DNA of 20,000 nt, from IMG/VR virus record IMGVR_UViG_3300037245_001434; one strand, written 5' to 3'. The translations under genes and the position numbers were made by a program. The notes beneath the pieces are model-generated. The model did not search any database and was not told the origin of the DNA. It saw only the letters and a program-made list of their open reading frames with translations. This DNA comes from an uncultured virus (IMG/VR IMGVR_UViG_3300037245_001434) (Duplodnaviria > Heunggongvirae > Uroviricota > Caudoviricetes). Below are positions 16,320 through 20,000 of this stretch, piece by piece (within the stretch, counting starts at the first letter, position 1; every line of letters begins with the position of its first letter).

Positions 16320-16955
16320 CTACAACTCGATAAACGATAGCTTGCCACTACGGAAGGCGAGCGTATCAATAAAATGTACGTTACCTATATTCATAGGTTC
16401 ATCAACCTGCGTGTGGCCATGAATCGTCATCGTAACGCCGCTTACATCATCCATAGATATATCTTCAATCCAATGCCTTGCCCATATCATGACCTCTTTT
16501 GACCGATCATCAGGGTCTATTGTGTCGTTCCAGTCCAGGCTTGGCGGTTGAGCATGGCAAATCCCGGCTGATCCTTTGTCAGTTTGCACTGTCATGGAGT
16601 ACGGTAGTTTATTAACCACTTCTGCATACGACATCAGAACGATGTCATTTGCTTCATTCGCCCACAGCCCACCATTCATCATCCACATATAAGAATCTTC
16701 ACCCTCCAGTAAGACCTTAACCATCATGTCTTCATGATTTCCTCTCACAGCATGGAACCAAGGCTCTGTAATAAGCATCAAGCACTCCATGCTTTTTGGG
16801 CCTCTGTCGATCAGGTCGCCAACAGAGAATATCCTATCCACTCTCTTGTCGAAATTGACCTTTACCAGTACTTCATTAAACAGATCCAGGCATCCATGTA
16901 GGTCACCTATCACGAAGTCACGACCCTGTTTATTCTGCTCATACTCTTTGTGCAT
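16320..16955 (-). CDS. Ser/Thr protein phosphatase-like metallophosphoesterase (lambda NinI / PphA family)
   Basis: GDLHG, GDLIDRGP, RGNHE, HGHT, IDT motifs. Confidence 0.92.
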   Translation of the reverse strand: MHKEYEQNKQGRDFVIGDLHGCLDLFNEVLVKVNFDKRVDRIFSVGDLIDRGPKSMECLMLITEPWFHAVRGNHEDMMVKVLLEGEDSYMWMMNGGLWANEANDIVLMSYAEVVNKLPYSMTVQTDKGSAGICHAQPPSLDWNDTIDPDDRSKEVMIWARHWIEDISMDDVSGVTMTIHGHTQVDEPMNIGNVHFIDTLAFRSGKLSFIEL

Positions 16956-17004
16956 ATCTATTCCCCAGCGTCTAAAACATAGTTGTCAATTAAGATGCCT
17001 TCAT

Positions 17005-17520
17005 TTACTTTGGCATCAAGTTGGCGCGTGACATAACTATCATCGCCTCTGGTTTAAACCATTCACCGCTTACGCTGTATTTCCTAAGCCGCTCATGGAA
17101 TGCTTTCTCCATGCATAAGGCATGGGCGTCATTATCGGCATTTATTCTAGCTAGAATGGTAAGGCTGTACGGTGATGCTGTTTGCAGAGCCTTTACTCGT
17201 TTATCAACATCCCTAGCCTTGCCTATCTTAATAAAGTTGCCGCCTCCTTGCTGTTGAATTATGTATACATAACATCCGCCGCACTCTACTTTTTTAGTCT
17301 GTCTTGATGCAATAACGCCAGTAAGCTTCATATGCTCATATATGATTCTTTTGGCAACCTCCTTTGTCATCTCCCTTGGCTGCTTATCACCTCTTGATTC
17401 AACTATCTTTGACGCTAAAACAATAGAAGGCAACCGCTTACGGTCAAGCCCCATTACCTTTTGCAGTCTGCAGACATGAGCCGCCTTGAATGCTCCTCTA
17501 AGTCTCTTTCTCTTTATCAT
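17005..17520 (-). CDS. T5orf172/MUG113 (GIY-YIG-like) domain protein
   Basis: YVYIIQ...IKIGKARDVDKRVKALQTASP...EKAFHERL...GEWF; start placed at ATG 17520 (GAGGG/GGAG upstream) because ATG 17580 lies within the structured region. Confidence 0.8.
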   Translation of the reverse strand: MIKRKRLRGAFKAAHVCRLQKVMGLDRKRLPSIVLASKIVESRGDKQPREMTKEVAKRIIYEHMKLTGVIASRQTKKVECGGCYVYIIQQQGGGNFIKIGKARDVDKRVKALQTASPYSLTILARINADNDAHALCMEKAFHERLRKYSVSGEWFKPEAMIVMSRANLMPK

Positions 17521-17933
17521 CTCCAGCCCTCTCAGATCTACTTTAAAGTCAGTTACTCCACTTTCCCCTGTAGAATCCATGCACTACAGCTCAACCGTAA
17601 TTGAGTAAAGGTACTAGCTAATCCCCTTTCTGTTTCCAGAATAACCAACACCATGTTAGTTAGCGTCATCACCCGCTAAGGCTCTACAGGCTAGGTTGCA
17701 AGTGGTCAGCATTGCCTAGATTGATTTGTTAGCTTCTTTAATTCCTGGCCTGCGAAGATCGACAGCACTGCTAACGAGAGGAGTCCGATCGATGTGATAA
17801 ATTAGCTTAGGTCTGGCAGCGATGCGACCTTGAAACTTGGACTCACTGCATTAGCGGCTTCAAGGGCAACTAAATTAAGCCAAGGCGTACTCTTCAGTAC
17901 ATTACACCACTGCCAGAATTAAACTAACTCATC

Positions 17934-17969
17934 GAGGGATTGAAACAGTTGAACATAAAGAGGGATTGA
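17934..17969. repeat. 10-bp direct repeat GAGGGATTGA x2
   Basis: Copies at 17934-17943 and 17960-17969, flanking the -35 box of the antisense promoter. Confidence 0.6.
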
Positions 17970-17977
17970 GCTATGAT
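17949..17977 (+). promoter_or_regulatory. Sigma70-type antisense promoter
   Basis: TTGAAC(17949-17954)-N17-TATGAT(17972-17977). Confidence 0.55.
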
Positions 17978-18064
17978 TCGGTTGTGGCTCGGTGCCACTG
18001 TTGGATCGATATCCGTCAAGCATTCTATCTGTTCAACATGGGTTCCAGCCCACGCCGATGATTC

Positions 18065-18094
18065 ATTTTACATCTCCTTAGCTTTAAATTGCAA
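18065..18094 (-). promoter_or_regulatory. Possible sigma70-type promoter driving the structured region
   Basis: TTGCAA(18094-18089)-N18-TAAAAT(18070-18065). Confidence 0.45.
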
Positions 18095-18127
18095 GCCCCT
18101 TCGCTCCATCGTCGGGGCTTTCTTTTT
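18093..18127 (+). terminator. Intrinsic terminator oriented for a + strand (antisense) transcript
   Basis: AAGCCCC...GGGGCTT followed by TCTTTTT on the + strand, although flanking genes are on the - strand. Confidence 0.65.
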
Positions 18128-18132
18128 GGGTG

Positions 18133-18333
18133 TTATATCTCATCAACCCATGGTAATTCCCACGATCTACAGTCACTCAAAAAATGTGGTGGCCTTGTTT
18201 TTTGTGTTCTGTAGAAATCTAGAAACGCTTCTTTCAAGGAATCGCCAAACCCAGCATGGTCTGTTGCTAGGCATTTGAAATGCGCATCCGTAGCGCATAC
18301 TTGGTTTCCGTCAATCGAATAATTTAAAGCCAT
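18133..18333 (-). CDS. Hypothetical protein
   Basis: 66 aa; AGGAG SD. Confidence 0.7.
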   Translation of the reverse strand: MALNYSIDGNQVCATDAHFKCLATDHAGFGDSLKEAFLDFYRTQKTRPPHFLSDCRSWELPWVDEI

Positions 18334-18388
18334 TTCTCTCTCCTAATCTTGAATCATCATTCACTTGGTGGGGCTTTGTTTTTGGGTG

Positions 18389-18571
18389 CTAATCTTTCAG
18401 TTTATTAATTGTTTCAGCCAGGCCATAGGCAAGAGAAACAGCTTTATGCCTAACATGTCGCTCAACCTCTCGACCAAACATCATTAGGTATCTCTCGGCA
18501 TGCTCACCATCGTTCTCGCTAACGGCTGTCACATATTGTTTAGCCAGCTCTCTCATTTCTTCTTCGTTCAT
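18389..18571 (-). CDS. Hypothetical protein
   Basis: 60 aa; GGAG SD; ATGA overlap. Confidence 0.65.
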   Translation of the reverse strand: MNEEEMRELAKQYVTAVSENDGEHAERYLMMFGREVERHVRHKAVSLAYGLAETINKLKD

Positions 18572-18966
18572 TTTTCTCTCTCCGCATCTAAAGCCTCATC
18601 AAGGCTGTTGAGCGATAATGTCTGAATGCCAATTTTGAGATCACTGACATTTTCCACAACAATCATTTTGCCGTCACTCCAATGCATAAATCTCAACATT
18701 CTGTATCTTTTGGCATCCACGGAATCAGCATTAATCTCTTTAAGTTCATCGGTAAACTTAATAAGCTCAACAGGGTGGTTAAGTATTGAACCGTCGGCCT
18801 TTTCGATTATGGCCGTTGAATAACTGCCAGCACCTGATTCAAATTCTTCATAATCAGATCCCCACTTATGGAATGTCCCGTCTCCAATCTCTTTTTTAAG
18901 GTAACTGCCTTGCTCTGTTTTCGCTCTATCCCAATCTAAAATAATTACAGGTCTTGTTTTAGTCAT
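18568..18966 (-). CDS. Hypothetical protein
   Basis: 132 aa; GGAG/GGAAG upstream. Confidence 0.7.
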   Translation of the reverse strand: MTKTRPVIILDWDRAKTEQGSYLKKEIGDGTFHKWGSDYEEFESGAGSYSTAIIEKADGSILNHPVELIKFTDELKEINADSVDAKRYRMLRFMHWSDGKMIVVENVSDLKIGIQTLSLNSLDEALDAEREK

Positions 18967-18998
18967 CTTCCATCTCCATTGAATTACAGTAGCCGCTA

Positions 18999-19280
18999 TT
19001 AAGGTTGGTTAGCATGGTCGTTTAAAACTTTAAGCACGTGCTGAAATATAGATTCTGGTCTATCCCAGTTTTCCTCGGCCCATTGAACTACCGCTTCAAA
19101 CCAGCCCTTAAACCACGATAAGTCTTCAGCCACATTGGCAATTGTAATATAGTCATGCAAATGAAATAGCTCCCCATGTGAATTGCTATTAAATATCCTC
19201 TGCTTGTATTCGGTTATGCCAAGTCTTTCTAGCGCGGCATCAAAATCGCCAATAGTTTCCATATTCCCTCTCCCTTGCAT
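18999..19280 (-). CDS. Hypothetical protein
   Basis: 93 aa; alternative start at the second Met (19262). Confidence 0.65.
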   Translation of the reverse strand: MQGRGNMETIGDFDAALERLGITEYKQRIFNSNSHGELFHLHDYITIANVAEDLSWFKGWFEAVVQWAEENWDRPESIFQHVLKVLNDHANQP

Positions 19281-19317
19281 TGCCCCTCGTTAGGGGTTAG
19301 ATGTTATTTGTTATGCG

Positions 19318-19611
19318 TCAAAACCGTGGCGCATATTTAACTTCCTGTTTAACCTCATCCTGCTTCTCTGTATGCTGCTCAAGTCCGCAGGTTTCACAGG
19401 TTCTTGTCCACCGGTCTTTAGTAACATCTTCAAATCGAGTCTTTGGCCACCTATGAACGCCATGCTCTTCATACTCACCAGTTAAAACCAGCTCCTTTCC
19501 AGTGTACGGATTGTAATTAACAGTTCCCCATGAGTGCCTGCATAACTTCTGCTTGGCTATTAGTGTCTTCTTCTTTGCTTCTAGTTCGTCAATTTCGTTC
19601 TGAATACTCAT
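19318..19611 (-). CDS. Hypothetical protein with CxH...CxxC putative Zn site
   Basis: CRHSW...RTCETCG; AGGAG SD. Confidence 0.7.
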   Translation of the reverse strand: MSIQNEIDELEAKKKTLIAKQKLCRHSWGTVNYNPYTGKELVLTGEYEEHGVHRWPKTRFEDVTKDRWTRTCETCGLEQHTEKQDEVKQEVKYAPRF

Positions 19612-19634
19612 CCCACTCTCCCTAATTTAAGTAA

Positions 19635-19865
19635 CTAACACTCTGCTGGTGACACCATCTTCAGAAGTAATTTATTGCCCCATGCAATATGCAAATCTAT
19701 CTGCTCCTGAGTCCAGATATTACCCTTGAGTCGTGCTGCCTTCTTGGCTTTGCGCTCAAGTTCTTCTATTGGCTGCTGCTTCCTCATGGCGCTTAAATAC
19801 TCACTTCGAGTTATATGCGCCTCTTCCATTATTTCGGCATGTTCACCCATAATCGCTTTACTCAC
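19635..19865 (-). CDS. Hypothetical protein
   Basis: 76 aa; GTGA overlap with upstream gene. Confidence 0.6.
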   Translation of the reverse strand: MSKAIMGEHAEIMEEAHITRSEYLSAMRKQQPIEELERKAKKAARLKGNIWTQEQIDLHIAWGNKLLLKMVSPAEC

Positions 19866-20000
19866 CTTTTCCGATCTTGCTTAAGTAGGTACTCATAAAA
19901 TATCTCACTGTGGTCATCGTGGAGCCAGATAAGGAGGTCGTAGGCTGTATTGGCCGCAGTGTTCATTGTTCGATCTCCGCGCTCCCATTTATCCAGAGTC
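19862..20000 (-). CDS. Partial XRE-family HTH protein (5' end outside window)
   Basis: Open frame TLDKWERGDRTMNTAANTAYDLLIWL...DRKR*; TLxKWERGxR matches an XRE recognition-helix end. Confidence 0.55.
   Translation of the reverse strand, partial: TLDKWERGDRTMNTAANTAYDLLIWLHDDHSEIFYEYLLKQDRKR

Larger units (their letters stand above)
17565..18060 (-). ncRNA. Putative large structured non-coding RNA / cis-element of unknown family
   Basis: No credible long ORF; long-range 14-bp and 13-bp stems with G-U pairs on the - strand, several hairpins with GAAA/UACG/GAAG loops. Confidence 0.55.

Noticed and set aside
17005..18060. Group I/II intron carrying the GIY-YIG-like ORF
   Set aside because: No interrupted host gene on either side, and I could not identify group I core (P7) or group II domain V motifs by eye; a covariance search is still warranted.
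17973..18278. 101-aa + strand ORF
   Set aside because: Its ATG is part of the predicted -10 box, it crosses a + strand terminator and it is antisense to the SD-supported gene 18133-18333.
924..18823. Numerous short ORFs antisense to or nested in long genes (e.g. 924-1157, 2511-2807, 5854-6171, 10936-11280, 12434-12787, 16114-16422)
   Set aside because: Shadow frames of well-supported genes; no recognisable motifs.
1..20000. CRISPR array, integrase/att site or IS element
   Set aside because: No regularly spaced repeats, recombinase or transposase seen; the only periodicity is the tRNA array.

Overview
Fragment of a tailed dsDNA phage or prophage with sigma70-type promoters; the host cannot be identified from this window. 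The + strand (13-4795) carries a packaging/head module: a free-standing HNH/NUMOD1 endonuclease, large terminase, DUF1073-type portal, a Gp49/Sf6-gp66 (Acb4-like) protein and a SPP1-gp7/MuF minor head protein. Everything after ~4850 is on the - strand. This includes many small hypothetical genes, a Cro-like HTH, a T5orf172/GIY-YIG gene, a NinI-like phosphatase and a counter-defence block. The block comprises Prs-like + Nampt-like genes (NARP1-type NAD reconstitution), a RelA/SpoT-type HD hydrolase, a Pol-beta nucleotidyltransferase, RtcB and a 7-tRNA array. The main discovery is at 10141-10310, between rtcB and the tRNAs: a promoter, an unannotated 21-codon leader peptide whose central codons are read by exactly the seven downstream tRNAs, and mutually exclusive 1:2 / 2:3 / 3:4 hairpins ending in an intrinsic terminator. 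This looks like a ribosome-mediated attenuator that would switch on the phage tRNA array when the cognate host tRNAs are depleted. Other highlights are non-canonical tRNAs (two 8/4 tRNA-Ser, short-arm tRNA-Leu, A37 in Pro and Leu(UAG)) and a ~500-nt structured non-coding region with a convergent antisense unit (17565-18127). All structures were derived by hand, not computed.
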